DNA from: an uncultured Gammaproteobacteria bacterium
Lineage (GTDB): Bacteria > Patescibacteriota > Microgenomatia > Daviesbacterales > UBA10151
Direction: 5' to 3'
Assembly: GCA_964522265.1 (NCBI GenBank)
Contig: CAZFVS010000001.1
Location: 34,410-66,409, forward strand
DNA length: 32,000 nucleotides
In this document: positions 9,178-17,589 of the stretch, one piece after another
How positions within the stretch are numbered: position 1 is the stretch's first letter
How the letters are laid out: each line of letters begins with the position of its first letter
Position numbers and translations under genes: made by a program
Notes under the pieces: generated by a model
Told to the model about the DNA's origin: nothing
Seen by the model: only the letters and a program-made list of their open reading frames with translations
Database searches by the model: none

Positions 9178-10170
9178 TTAAGTCTCAGGCATTCTATAGA
9201 TAATTTTGCTTCCTTGGTATTCAAAACTAAACGGGACATATAGCAATTTTTTAAGTTTTTTTCTGATTGTCTCATGAGAATCCGGTTTGACGTAAAAAAG
9301 CATGAAGCCTCCTCCGCCTGCTCCCAATAATTTCCCTCCAATCGCCCCGGCAGATAGAGCGGAGTTATAAATTAAATCAATAGTTTCATTGGTGATTTTA
9401 TGGGTGAGACTACGCTTGATCTTCCAGTTTTCATTTAAAAGTTTTCCGAACTGGTCGAGCTTCGTATCTTTACTGGTTAGTATCTTATATGCTTTGTCTA
9501 CTATCTGAAGCATAGCCTTTAACTCTTTACTCTTTTTTGGAGTAGACTTTATTTGTGTTCCAGCTATACCAGAGGCTTGTCTGGTTATACCTGTAAAAAA
9601 AAGCATAAGATGATTTTGCAAATAATTTAAGCGCTTTTTGCCAATATTTATAGGCATAATTTTGATTTCATCCTTTCCTCCGAATAAGATTTTATTAAAT
9701 CCGCCATAAGAAGCTAGTGTTTGATCTTGGGAGCCCACGTTTTCTTTAATCATATTTTGTTCTATATGTATTGCATCCTTTGCTAATTTCTTTTTGTCAA
9801 CCCTATTTCCGAATAGTCCGTATAGACTATTGAGTAGTCCGACTGTAAATGCCGAACTAGTACCAAGGCCGGTAAAAGCAGGTAAATCAGCATTATGTTG
9901 TATTTCTAAGGAACTATTAATTTTAAGAAAATTTAAGCACTCCCGTACAGAAGGATGTTTTATTTGGGAAATTTTTTTTGTATACTCTTGTTTAGTATAT
10001 CGTATCCTGTAGTTATATTTAAAAAAAGGAGGTAGAATACGGCATGTAACATAACAAAATTTGTTTATGGAAGTACCGATCACCGCACCTCTATTTTTTC
10101 TGTACCATATAGGGTAATCAGTTCCTCCGCCAAAGAATGAGATTCTAAAAGGGGTTCGTGTGATAACCAT
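9178..10170 (-). CDS. GHMP-family sugar kinase (HddA-like D-glycero-D-manno-heptose 7-phosphate kinase type)
   Basis: 330 aa. The N-terminus MVITRTPFRISFFGGGTDYP is typical of the HddA-like subgroup. GHMP motif II is PAFTGLGTSSAFTVG and motif III is GAGGGGFMLF. Confidence 0.85.
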   Translation of the reverse strand: MVITRTPFRISFFGGGTDYPIWYRKNRGAVIGTSINKFCYVTCRILPPFFKYNYRIRYTKQEYTKKISQIKHPSVRECLNFLKINSSLEIQHNADLPAFTGLGTSSAFTVGLLNSLYGLFGNRVDKKKLAKDAIHIEQNMIKENVGSQDQTLASYGGFNKILFGGKDEIKIMPINIGKKRLNYLQNHLMLFFTGITRQASGIAGTQIKSTPKKSKELKAMLQIVDKAYKILTSKDTKLDQFGKLLNENWKIKRSLTHKITNETIDLIYNSALSAGAIGGKLLGAGGGGFMLFYVKPDSHETIRKKLKKLLYVPFSFEYQGSKIIYRMPET

Positions 10171-11571
10171 TAGCCCTTTGGATTTTAGTATGATTTTTAA
10201 GTTTGGTCAAGGTTATAACTTTTCCCAATGCAGTATTTTCTATAATTTCTGCCGTCTTTTCTCCGGCCGATTTTTCCAGCCCGAATGGCCTAATAAATTT
10301 TTTCACAAACTTAATTCTTTGTTTCTTTTTTTTGTCGATACCTTTTGCTAATAAACTGATAATTTTACTTAGCTCCTGCAGGGATTTTACTGTTTCAATA
10401 ACGTCATTTTTCACAAGATGTTGAAAATGCAAGGCCAATTCCTGTGTATTTTTGTATTCATCAACCATAAATGCAACTACTGGTTTATTCAAAATTACAG
10501 CGTCTATCATGCCACTGGTATTGATTCCCACTGTAGCAATGCTGTGGTATATAGTATCAAAAAATAACTGGATATCATTATTGGTCCCAGGTAAATTTCC
10601 TCCCTTAGGGAATACGATAAAACCATTAGCGCCTAATTTATCAAAAATTGCAGCATTCATTGGATGAGGTCTTATGATAATTTGGATTTTTCTTAAAAGT
10701 ATATTTTTAGATGACTTTAAATAATTATTTATATTTTTAATTAGTCCTGTTTCATCCTTTGCAATTGTTGCAGAAGAGCCAAGGTATAAAAGTATCAGGT
10801 TCTTTGGATCCAAATTTAATTTATTGCAAAAAGCCTCTTTTGTAAGCTTTGGTTTTAAATTTCCAAACCACTTATCAAAGAAAGGAGATCCGATAATTTC
10901 TATATTTTGCTTTGGGACTTTATGGATTATTTCTGCCTCTTGGGATTGGGTTTTATTCCAGACAAGGACTTTATCGGGAATGTTAGGTTATCCCATGATG
11001 AGATTGGGATTATTGTCGGTATTCCCATTTTTTTTGCCGCCTTTATATAAGCTAATTCCTCAGAGAAACGCATGCTACAAGGTCCTGCGATAACTACATC
11101 CGGATTAAATTTTTCAATATTATGTTTTATTTTTTGACACACGGGAGCGGACTGTTCAATAAGCCTTAGTATTATTTCAGTAAACCTAGTTTTTATAATA
11201 TTATCTACAAAGGGGATTCTTACTGCTATTCTTACAGCTGATGGTAGATATTTTTTGGCTCTGTTGAGATAATAATAAGACTGTTGATTAAACAAAAGAT
11301 ACCGTCTGTAGGACAGTAATTCTCTGGAAAAAAAAAGAAGATTTCTCCATACGTCATCCCTTCTTAAAAGCCAGTCCTGACTCATGTTTTTTATCCCCTT
11401 TGAAGATTGATTAAAAGATACAATGTTTAGTTCCTTGCTCCATCCGCTATCAAAAAGTATTAATGTCTTATGCCCCCTTTTTGATAAATTTTCCACAATG
11501 CTTTTGTAATGGGTAAATACATTTATAGCACTGATAGCAAATAAAATTCTTAATTCATTTTTCTTTTTCAT
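10145..11571 (-). pseudogene. Frameshifted paralog of the 7105-8466 GT-B-like gene
   Basis: ORF 10927-11571 aligns to the N-terminal half of the 453-aa paralog up to SWDNLT. Translation continues in another frame (open from ~10987 down to 10145) as IPDKVLVWNK...GSPFFDKWFGNLKP...LLYLGSS..., which aligns to the C-terminal half. About 6-7 residues (TKGLIH in the paralog) are missing at the junction near 10981-10990. This indicates a deletion whose length is not a multiple of three. Confidence 0.8.
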
Positions 11572-11615
11572 AATACGTGCCCAGCATTATTCAAAATTTT
11601 TACTTTCCTTGTAGA

Positions 11616-12551
11616 TTAACTTAAACTGTTATCCCAAACCGCCGGAATTTTTTTCTTCTTTAATTTGTTCAGATTTTTTTTATTAATGTTTAATGTAAGT
11701 TTAAGATATAAATATGGCATTATTAGATTTTTCATAATTTGAAAAGAAAATAACTTATTGTAATATATGTAATAGTTTTCTTTTAATATTCTAATATACT
11801 CGAAAAGCAATGTTTTTAAGTAAAATCTTTTACTGCAATAATCTTTGATGAGGTTTAATCTATTCCAATACATCTCATTTTTCCTTAGGATTACATAACT
11901 GTGGTTCAGTATAGGATGTATAAATAAATTTATACGGCAAAATTTAACAGAAACATCTCTTTTTACGCATTCTAAAATAAAAGCTGGATCAGCAGCACCA
12001 ATAAGGGGTATGAGGCCTATTTTAGAAAACACCCTTCTCCGCATAAGGAATCCAATTCCGCATGCACCGTATCTGATTACATTTTCTGGATTATTGGTAT
12101 ATTCAATACCTTTGGGGATGTAATAAAGTTTTGAACCATTAGGGTATATCTTTGTACCTCCGCATACCATCACATCTACTGATGGATTTTCTTCCATAAT
12201 TTTAAGAGCCTGTTCCATAGCCTTAGGATAAATAACGTCGTCATCTGCTAAATTCTTAATGTATTTACCTTTGGCTAGCAAAATACCTTTGTTAAATGCA
12301 TGTGCCACAATAACATCAGGTTCAGATACAAAAATATCAATAAATTTTTTATACTTTTTTATTACCTGATAGGTTTTATCGGTAGAACCTCCGTCTATAA
12401 CAATTAACTCATCTTTTGGAGTAAGTAATTTAATGTACTGCTTTAAAGCCTTTTCAAGATGCTTCGCTCTGTTTTTAGTTGGCAAAATATACGAACATCT
12501 TTTTGGAAGATAATCTTCGAAATTTTTGCGGGGAGTTTTTGTGGCAACCAT
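11616..12551 (-). CDS. Family 2 glycosyltransferase (GT-A)
   Basis: 311 aa. SYILPTKNRAKHLEKAL, VIDGGSTDKT and a DDD motif (LADDDVIYP) are typical of GT2. Confidence 0.85.
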   Translation of the reverse strand: MVATKTPRKNFEDYLPKRCSYILPTKNRAKHLEKALKQYIKLLTPKDELIVIDGGSTDKTYQVIKKYKKFIDIFVSEPDVIVAHAFNKGILLAKGKYIKNLADDDVIYPKAMEQALKIMEENPSVDVMVCGGTKIYPNGSKLYYIPKGIEYTNNPENVIRYGACGIGFLMRRRVFSKIGLIPLIGAADPAFILECVKRDVSVKFCRINLFIHPILNHSYVILRKNEMYWNRLNLIKDYCSKRFYLKTLLFEYIRILKENYYIYYNKLFSFQIMKNLIMPYLYLKLTLNINKKNLNKLKKKKIPAVWDNSLS

Positions 12552-12609
12552 CGGTTATTGAATTCTAATATTAAAACGTTGACAAAAACAATATACGCAA
12601 AATGCTTAA

Positions 12610-13475
12610 TTAAGGATCATTGACAAATTGATTTCTTTTTATGACTTGATAACCTTTTATGAGTTCAGAGATACCTTTCTGAATTGATATTTTGGCAAAA
12701 AACCCCTTTTTCCAATTTTTTCACTCGTCACAACGTAATCCCTTTTATCTGGATCTTCGGAAATGAGAGATTCAAGATATACAAAACCTGGTACCTATTT
12801 TTTAATTTCCTCACAGAGCTGAAATTTCGTTAAGTTAATGTCATGTAGTTTAACATTATAAACCGCTTCTTTCAAATGTTTAAAATTATTCAGGCAAAAA
12901 ATAAAGGCTTTAGAAACGTCTTTGATATGAAGATAAGCTCTTCTAAAACTGGACTCAAAAAGTACGATAAATCGATCGTTTAAGGCTTGGTATGTGAAAT
13001 CATTAACTAAAAGATCCAGTCTCATATGTGGACTGATGCCAAAAACTGTAGCAAACCTGAATAAGATCCAATTTTTGGATTCACTAATATATTTTTCAGC
13101 AGAGACCTTAAGTTTTGAATATAAAGATATGGGAGGAGGAAAAGCAGCATCAACTTTTTTAAGTTGTTCTTTGGTTAACCTATCATCCCTTGCATCTCCC
13201 CTGATAATCTTCAGATTTTTATTGTACCTTCGCAATACCACGAGTGTAAACTCGTGGATGAAGGAGGTTCCGACGAAGTCGGACTCCGCGAAGCGGAGAA
13301 CAAGAAGATATCACGGGCGTTAGCCCGTGGAAGATTCATTATTACAAACATCCAGTAGGGAAGTTTGGTTATATAAAAATTTATCTAAAACTATTACCTG
13401 ATGCTCCTGTTTTAAAAGTTCCGGTACAAGTATGGAACCGATGTATCCGGCCCCGCCCGTAACTAAGATTTTCAT
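12610..13475 (-). pseudogene. Decayed NAD-dependent epimerase/dehydratase (extended SDR) with multiple lesions
   Basis: My own translation from the ATG at 13475 gives [21 protein letters not shown]..., a Rossmann start. It is interrupted by the 93-nt element, which carries in-frame TAA (13320-13322) and TGA (13311-13313). It resumes in the same frame as LRRYNKNLKIIRGDARD... About 75-90 aa are missing between KKVDA and PISLYSKLK (near 13135-13148). There is an in-frame TAG at 12795-12797 and a frameshift near 12680-12690. After that, QKGISELIKGYQVIKRNQF continues to a stop at 12610. Confidence 0.8.
13238..13330. repeat. 93-nt GC-rich four-hairpin palindromic element (REP/MITE-like) inserted in the dead epimerase gene
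   Basis: Four perfect hairpins on the plus strand. (1) CCACGAG-TGTAAA-CTCGTGG at 13238-13257. (2) TCCGAC-GAA-GTCGGA at 13269-13283. (3) CTCCGC-GAA-GCGGAG at 13284-13298. (4) CACGGGC-GTTA-GCCCGTG at 13312-13329. The ends are inverted (CCACG...CGTGG). Local GC is far above the flanks. Confidence 0.65.
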
Positions 13476-13477
13476 AA

Positions 13478-14233
13478 TCAAAACCCTAGTCTTTTAGCAC
13501 ACCCGTCGAAGAAAAGGCCTTCTTTTAGATATTCTTTCCCAAATAATTTCATGAATTTTATTCTTGGAAGAGCTAACTTCTTACCTGTTTCTGTCCACAT
13601 CATATCATACCATTCGCTTACCCATTCTATTGAATGGAATATGGTACCTTTTTGTTTCTGAGGTAGTATCCCGCTTCTAAATTCTGCATAACATGGTAGT
13701 TGCCAGTTCATTGCAGTTGATCGTACAACCATATTGGCACCCATTCCATCTATCCGGTCAGCATCCATTAAAACTTTTATCAGCTCCGTTTCTCGAACTT
13801 CATGATTTAAAAGAGGATGATCTTCTATGGCAGTTAGTATTAAATTTTTTTCATCTCTGCTGACGCCTTTTAGGCCATCAACGAAATTAGCTATTATTTC
13901 AGCAGAAAGTTGTCCGTGTAGTTTGTTATGAGCCCTCGGGTCATCTATAACCCGACCAACATCATGTTGAAGTCCTGCTAAAGTTGCATGGTAGGGAGAC
14001 ACTTTTTCTAAAATTGCTATATTGCCTGCCAAATAAGCAACTCTTGTCCAATGATCAAGGCCATGTCCACCAATCCTTAAAGGGCCTTTGTTGCAAGCAT
14101 CCTGGAATATTTGGTTTATGTATGATTTAGTCTTAATAAGCGTAGCTCGTTCGTGATCTTTAAAATAAATATCATGCGGAAGAGCGTTTTCTATATCTTT
14201 TAAGCCTATTCCTGAAGTATCTTCGATGTTCAT
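13478..14233 (-). CDS. HD-domain metal-dependent phosphohydrolase superfamily protein
   Basis: 251 aa. H...HD...D signature: [33 protein letters not shown] overlap with the upstream SDR (14230-14233). Confidence 0.75.
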   Translation of the reverse strand: MNIEDTSGIGLKDIENALPHDIYFKDHERATLIKTKSYINQIFQDACNKGPLRIGGHGLDHWTRVAYLAGNIAILEKVSPYHATLAGLQHDVGRVIDDPRAHNKLHGQLSAEIIANFVDGLKGVSRDEKNLILTAIEDHPLLNHEVRETELIKVLMDADRIDGMGANMVVRSTAMNWQLPCYAEFRSGILPQKQKGTIFHSIEWVSEWYDMMWTETGKKLALPRIKFMKLFGKEYLKEGLFFDGCAKRLGF

Positions 14234-15024
14234 TCTGCGAAATTTTTGTTCAAAAAACGGTTATCTAAAAAATAACCGCCATTTGGGTGTAACTCTGACC
14301 CGGTTGTGTGTTGTGACAGAGCTGATGCTAAGTATAAAACTGTATTGGCGACTTCTTGCACATTCGTAAACCTTTTTCCCAACGGTATTTTGGATTCTAA
14401 GTAATTTTTTAGAGCCTGACCTTGAGGGTTTTTTGTAACCGCCTCTTCAGCAAGTGGAGTCCAAACTTGTGCCGGGATAACGGAATTAACCCTTATTCCA
14501 TACTTTGCTAAATCCAGCGCCCACTCTTTCGTTAATGCCAGAATTCCTCCTTTGGCTGCAGCATAGCCTGAAGTATGCCCTTCGCCCATTAAAGCGACTT
14601 TGGATGATATGTTTACAATTACACCTTTAGATTGGATGAGATAGGGGAGGGCATAATGGGCTGTATAAAAGTAGTGAAAAAGATTCTTTTCTAAGGATGT
14701 GATAAATTTATTAGGATCATCTTCCAGCCCAATAAAATCATTTACTCCGGCATTATTGACCAAAATATCTATTTTGTTAAATTGATTGATGGTTCTTTCA
14801 ATAAAATCAACAACCGTTGAGCTTTTCATAAGGTCACCATGGAAGAAAAAAGTATTATAACCCAGCTCGTTTAATTCTTGACTCAAAGAAACACCTAGAA
14901 TTTTATTAATATCAATAAAAGAAACAGCTGCCCCTTCTTCTGAAAATTTTCTGACAACTGCTTCACCAATCCCCCTTGCCCCACCTGTAACTATTGCAAT
15001 TTTATCCGCCAGTAATTTTTCCAT
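14230..15024 (-). CDS. Classical SDR family oxidoreductase
   Basis: 264 aa. Has VTGGARGIG, NNAG, and a catalytic YAAAKGG (YxxxK). Confidence 0.9.
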   Translation of the reverse strand: MEKLLADKIAIVTGGARGIGEAVVRKFSEEGAAVSFIDINKILGVSLSQELNELGYNTFFFHGDLMKSSTVVDFIERTINQFNKIDILVNNAGVNDFIGLEDDPNKFITSLEKNLFHYFYTAHYALPYLIQSKGVIVNISSKVALMGEGHTSGYAAAKGGILALTKEWALDLAKYGIRVNSVIPAQVWTPLAEEAVTKNPQGQALKNYLESKIPLGKRFTNVQEVANTVLYLASALSQHTTGSELHPNGGYFLDNRFLNKNFAE

Positions 15025-15051
15025 TGCAGGAATTATAACATAGGAGTTAAC

Positions 15052-15990
15052 TCAGTCAAGCCCGTTTTTACGGTACCATAAAACGGTTTTTTTCAACCCT
15101 TCTTTCAAAGAAGTTTTTGGAGTAAAGCCTAATAGTTTTTTGGCTTTGGAGATATTAATTAACCTGATTGGGATCATAGTAGGTTTTGAAGAATTAAAGA
15201 TAATTTCCGGATTTTTAAAATTATCGATGCTAACTAGTGTTTTTAAAACTTGGAAAATACTGATAGGTTTGCCGCCACCAATATTAATGGGTTGGAAACC
15301 ATCCATTTTTTCAATTGCGAGAAGTAGCCCGTTTACCAAATCCTCAACATAGATAAAATCCTTAATATCTTTTCCATCGCCCCAAACCTCTAAAGGTTTG
15401 TGTCTTTCAACAACTTTCCTCACCAGAGCCGGTATAACATGTGAGGTTTCCCATGCAAAATCATCAAATGGTCCGTAAATATTTCCCGGTCTAACCACAA
15501 TAGTTTGCATAGGGTTCTTAATTTTAATTGCATACATCTCACATAATTTTTCCGTAAATAATTTCATCCACCCGACTGGGAAATATTTTTCATAAAATTC
15601 ATAATTAACATCAGTTTCCCTGACAGGGTAATTTGTTAGTGGGTAAACAGTATTGCTGGAGATAAATAAAAATTTTTTTACCCCGGCTTGATGTGCTGCC
15701 TCCAGCATCAGGCTATTCATAATTACATTAGGGGTTACATGGCTCAGCGGAGTTTTTTCAATAACCGCAGCGCCAGAGGTATTAGCAGCGCACATAAAAA
15801 CAAGATCCACATTCTTGACTGCTTTTTTGCAATCTGATTTTTGGCTAAGATCTGCTTTAATAAATTTGACCCTGTGGTTACTGATTTGCGGCGGTTTTTT
15901 ATGTATCGTTGCTGAAACTTTAGCACCCTTTTTCAGTAGTTTGAGAATTAGATTTGTTCCGACAAATCCCGCACCGCCAGCTATCAACAC
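15052..15990 (-). CDS. Fcl-like extended SDR (NAD-dependent epimerase/dehydratase family), paralog A
   Basis: Rossmann motif LIAGGAGFVGTNL, FISSNTVYP and NIYGPFDDF resemble GDP-fucose-synthase-type enzymes. The ORF track extends to 16227, but that extension overlaps the upstream cupin gene and reads through a GC-rich palindrome. I prefer the GTG at 15990 (giving MLIAGGAGFVG). An ATG at 16074 is the alternative start. Confidence 0.75.
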   Translation of the reverse strand: MLIAGGAGFVGTNLILKLLKKGAKVSATIHKKPPQISNHRVKFIKADLSQKSDCKKAVKNVDLVFMCAANTSGAAVIEKTPLSHVTPNVIMNSLMLEAAHQAGVKKFLFISSNTVYPLTNYPVRETDVNYEFYEKYFPVGWMKLFTEKLCEMYAIKIKNPMQTIVVRPGNIYGPFDDFAWETSHVIPALVRKVVERHKPLEVWGDGKDIKDFIYVEDLVNGLLLAIEKMDGFQPINIGGGKPISIFQVLKTLVSIDNFKNPEIIFNSSKPTMIPIRLINISKAKKLLGFTPKTSLKEGLKKTVLWYRKNGLD

Positions 15991-16013
15991 ACTTTTATTC
16001 TGGAAATAATTTG

Positions 16014-16033
16014 ATTCCCGCTTTCGCGGGAAT
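16014..16033. repeat. GC-rich perfect palindrome (8-bp stem, GAAA loop on the minus strand) between the cupin gene stop and the paralog-A start; REP-like element or intrinsic-terminator-like hairpin
   Basis: Plus strand is ATTCCCGC-TTTC-GCGGGAAT. On the minus strand it reads GTC ATT CCC GCG AAA GCG GGA ATC. This is the palindrome class that yields spurious VIPAKAGI / SFPRKRES / PAFAGMT peptides in ORF calls of many genomes. It lies 18 nt after the stop at 16052. Confidence 0.6.
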
Positions 16034-16051
16034 GACGGGGTGTGGTAAAAA

Positions 16052-16603
16052 TTAAAATCTTCTGCCTGTTTCATCTCGCATGGATAATATTGGGTTTTTA
16101 GTCGGCCACCAGATTTTAAATTCCGGATCGTCCCATTTAATGGTAAATTGGCTATCTGGGTCATAGTATGCAGTTTGTTTATAATAGTAAATATCATAGT
16201 CCGATAAAACCAGATGTCCGTTACCATGGTTAGGCGGAATTAAAACTTGCAGTCTGTTAGTTCCCGACAGTGTAAATGATTCCCACTTTCCGTAATCTTT
16301 TGAATTTTTATCAAAATTTAAAACAACAAGATAAAATTTTCCATACAGACATGAAACCATCTTCCAGGTTTTGATATCACCATGAATACCTTTTAAAACA
16401 CCTTTAGTGCCGGTTGAAATATCATCTTCTACAAATTTTAAGTTAAGGGCATCTTTTGCGTATGGGGTTCCTTTTAATGCATCTGTAAGCGTTTCCTTGT
16501 ATAATTTTTCATTGTACAGTCCAACATATTCTCCCCTAAAATCTTCATAAGAATCCAGTTTTATAAGGAGTACTCCCTCAAGTTTTGTTTTAGATACTTT
16601 CAT
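16052..16603 (-). CDS. Divergent RmlC-like cupin (putative NDP-keto-sugar epimerase/isomerase)
   Basis: The motif order DFRGEY..., VLKGIHGD, KMVSCLYGKFYLVVLNFD, YGKW, IPPNHGNGHLVLSD, WDDP...IWWP parallels RmlC. The start is taken at the ATG at 16603, which forms an ATGA overlap with the upstream stop. Confidence 0.7.
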   Translation of the reverse strand: MKVSKTKLEGVLLIKLDSYEDFRGEYVGLYNEKLYKETLTDALKGTPYAKDALNLKFVEDDISTGTKGVLKGIHGDIKTWKMVSCLYGKFYLVVLNFDKNSKDYGKWESFTLSGTNRLQVLIPPNHGNGHLVLSDYDIYYYKQTAYYDPDSQFTIKWDDPEFKIWWPTKNPILSMRDETGRRF

Positions 16604-17589
16604 TTGAAGTAATTTTTCTTTTTTAAATAATCCTTCCGGTTGTTTATAAACCAATTCCAGGTTTTCTGCAACCCTGTTTTTAATGGGGTAGTCGGATTAT
16701 AATGGATTATTTTTTTAGCAAGGGATAAATCCATCACTCTTTTGGGAAAACCTGAAGGTTTGGTTGCATCAAATCTATAGTTAAAATCTAAAAAGGTATG
16801 CAAAGCGTTAACAAGTTGTTTGATCGAATACCCTTTTCCGCTGCCTAAATTTACAAAACTGCCTTTGGTTCCGTAATGCAAAGCCAGAATAATTCCCTCA
16901 GCTACATCTTTGGAATAAGCAAAATCCCTTATAGCTTTTCCATCCCCCCAAACTACTACAGGATCCTCTTTTTGATAAATCCTATACATTAGGGAAGGGA
17001 TGACCATGGCATTATTCGGGTCAAAATTATCCCCAGGCCCATATACGTTGCAGGGCCTGACAACAGCAAAATTCTCAAGCCCGTACTGTATTTTATAAGA
17101 TTGTATTTGCAGTTCTGATATCCTTTTTGCCCAACCAGGAAACATATCCATCGGCGGCCCATCCTGGTTTTGATTTTCTTTAAAAACTGCAGCCGGTGTG
17201 TAAGCACCAATGGATGAAGTGTAGACAACTTTTTTCACATTGTTAATTCTGCATGCTTCCAGTACATTTGTATTGAACATCAGTAGTGGTACAAAAAAGC
17301 TGGCAGGTTTTGTTTTTGTGACTTCAATAGATCCCTTTATTCCCGCTAAATGAAAAACAAAATCTGTATTATTAGTAACTTTTTTACAAAAATCAAAACT
17401 TGTTAAATCACCATAAATATGCCTGGCCTTTTTATTTACGTTAACTTTATCCAAAGAAACAATTTTAACCTTAGCGCCGGATTCGATCAATATGTCAACT
17501 ACCTGCCTGCCGATTAAACCGGTTCCACCGGTCACCAAACATTTTTTATTCCTGAAGTTTCTTAAAACTTTGCGATCAATCATAGACAA
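16600..17589 (-). CDS. Fcl-like extended SDR (NAD-dependent epimerase/dehydratase family), paralog B
   Basis: 329 aa. Has LVTGGTGLIG, YTSSIGAY, NVYGPGDNFDP and VWGDGKAIRDF. Confidence 0.85.
   Translation of the reverse strand: MSMIDRKVLRNFRNKKCLVTGGTGLIGRQVVDILIESGAKVKIVSLDKVNVNKKARHIYGDLTSFDFCKKVTNNTDFVFHLAGIKGSIEVTKTKPASFFVPLLMFNTNVLEACRINNVKKVVYTSSIGAYTPAAVFKENQNQDGPPMDMFPGWAKRISELQIQSYKIQYGLENFAVVRPCNVYGPGDNFDPNNAMVIPSLMYRIYQKEDPVVVWGDGKAIRDFAYSKDVAEGIILALHYGTKGSFVNLGSGKGYSIKQLVNALHTFLDFNYRFDATKPSGFPKRVMDLSLAKKIIHYNPTTPLKTGLQKTWNWFINNRKDYLKKKNYFK

Noticed and set aside
13238-13330. Considered whether the four-hairpin element could be a self-cleaving ribozyme or a small intron
   Set aside because: I could not find a hammerhead core (CUGANGA ... 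GAAA) or any other ribozyme signature on either strand. 93 nt is far too short for a group I or II intron. A REP/MITE-like insertion fits better.
15991-16227. N-terminal extension of the ORF 15052-16227
   Set aside because: The extension overlaps the RmlC-like gene by up to 176 nt and translates the GC-rich palindrome (SFPRKRES). The Rossmann motif begins right after the GTG at 15990. The ATG at 16074 is kept only as an alternative start.
16989-17228. Same-strand nested out-of-frame ORFs (also 28127-28399, 9156-9341, 894-1178, 1306-1491, 15744-15926 and 20316-20516)
   Set aside because: They lie entirely within well-supported genes in another frame and have no motifs. They are chance ORFs in AT-rich sequence.
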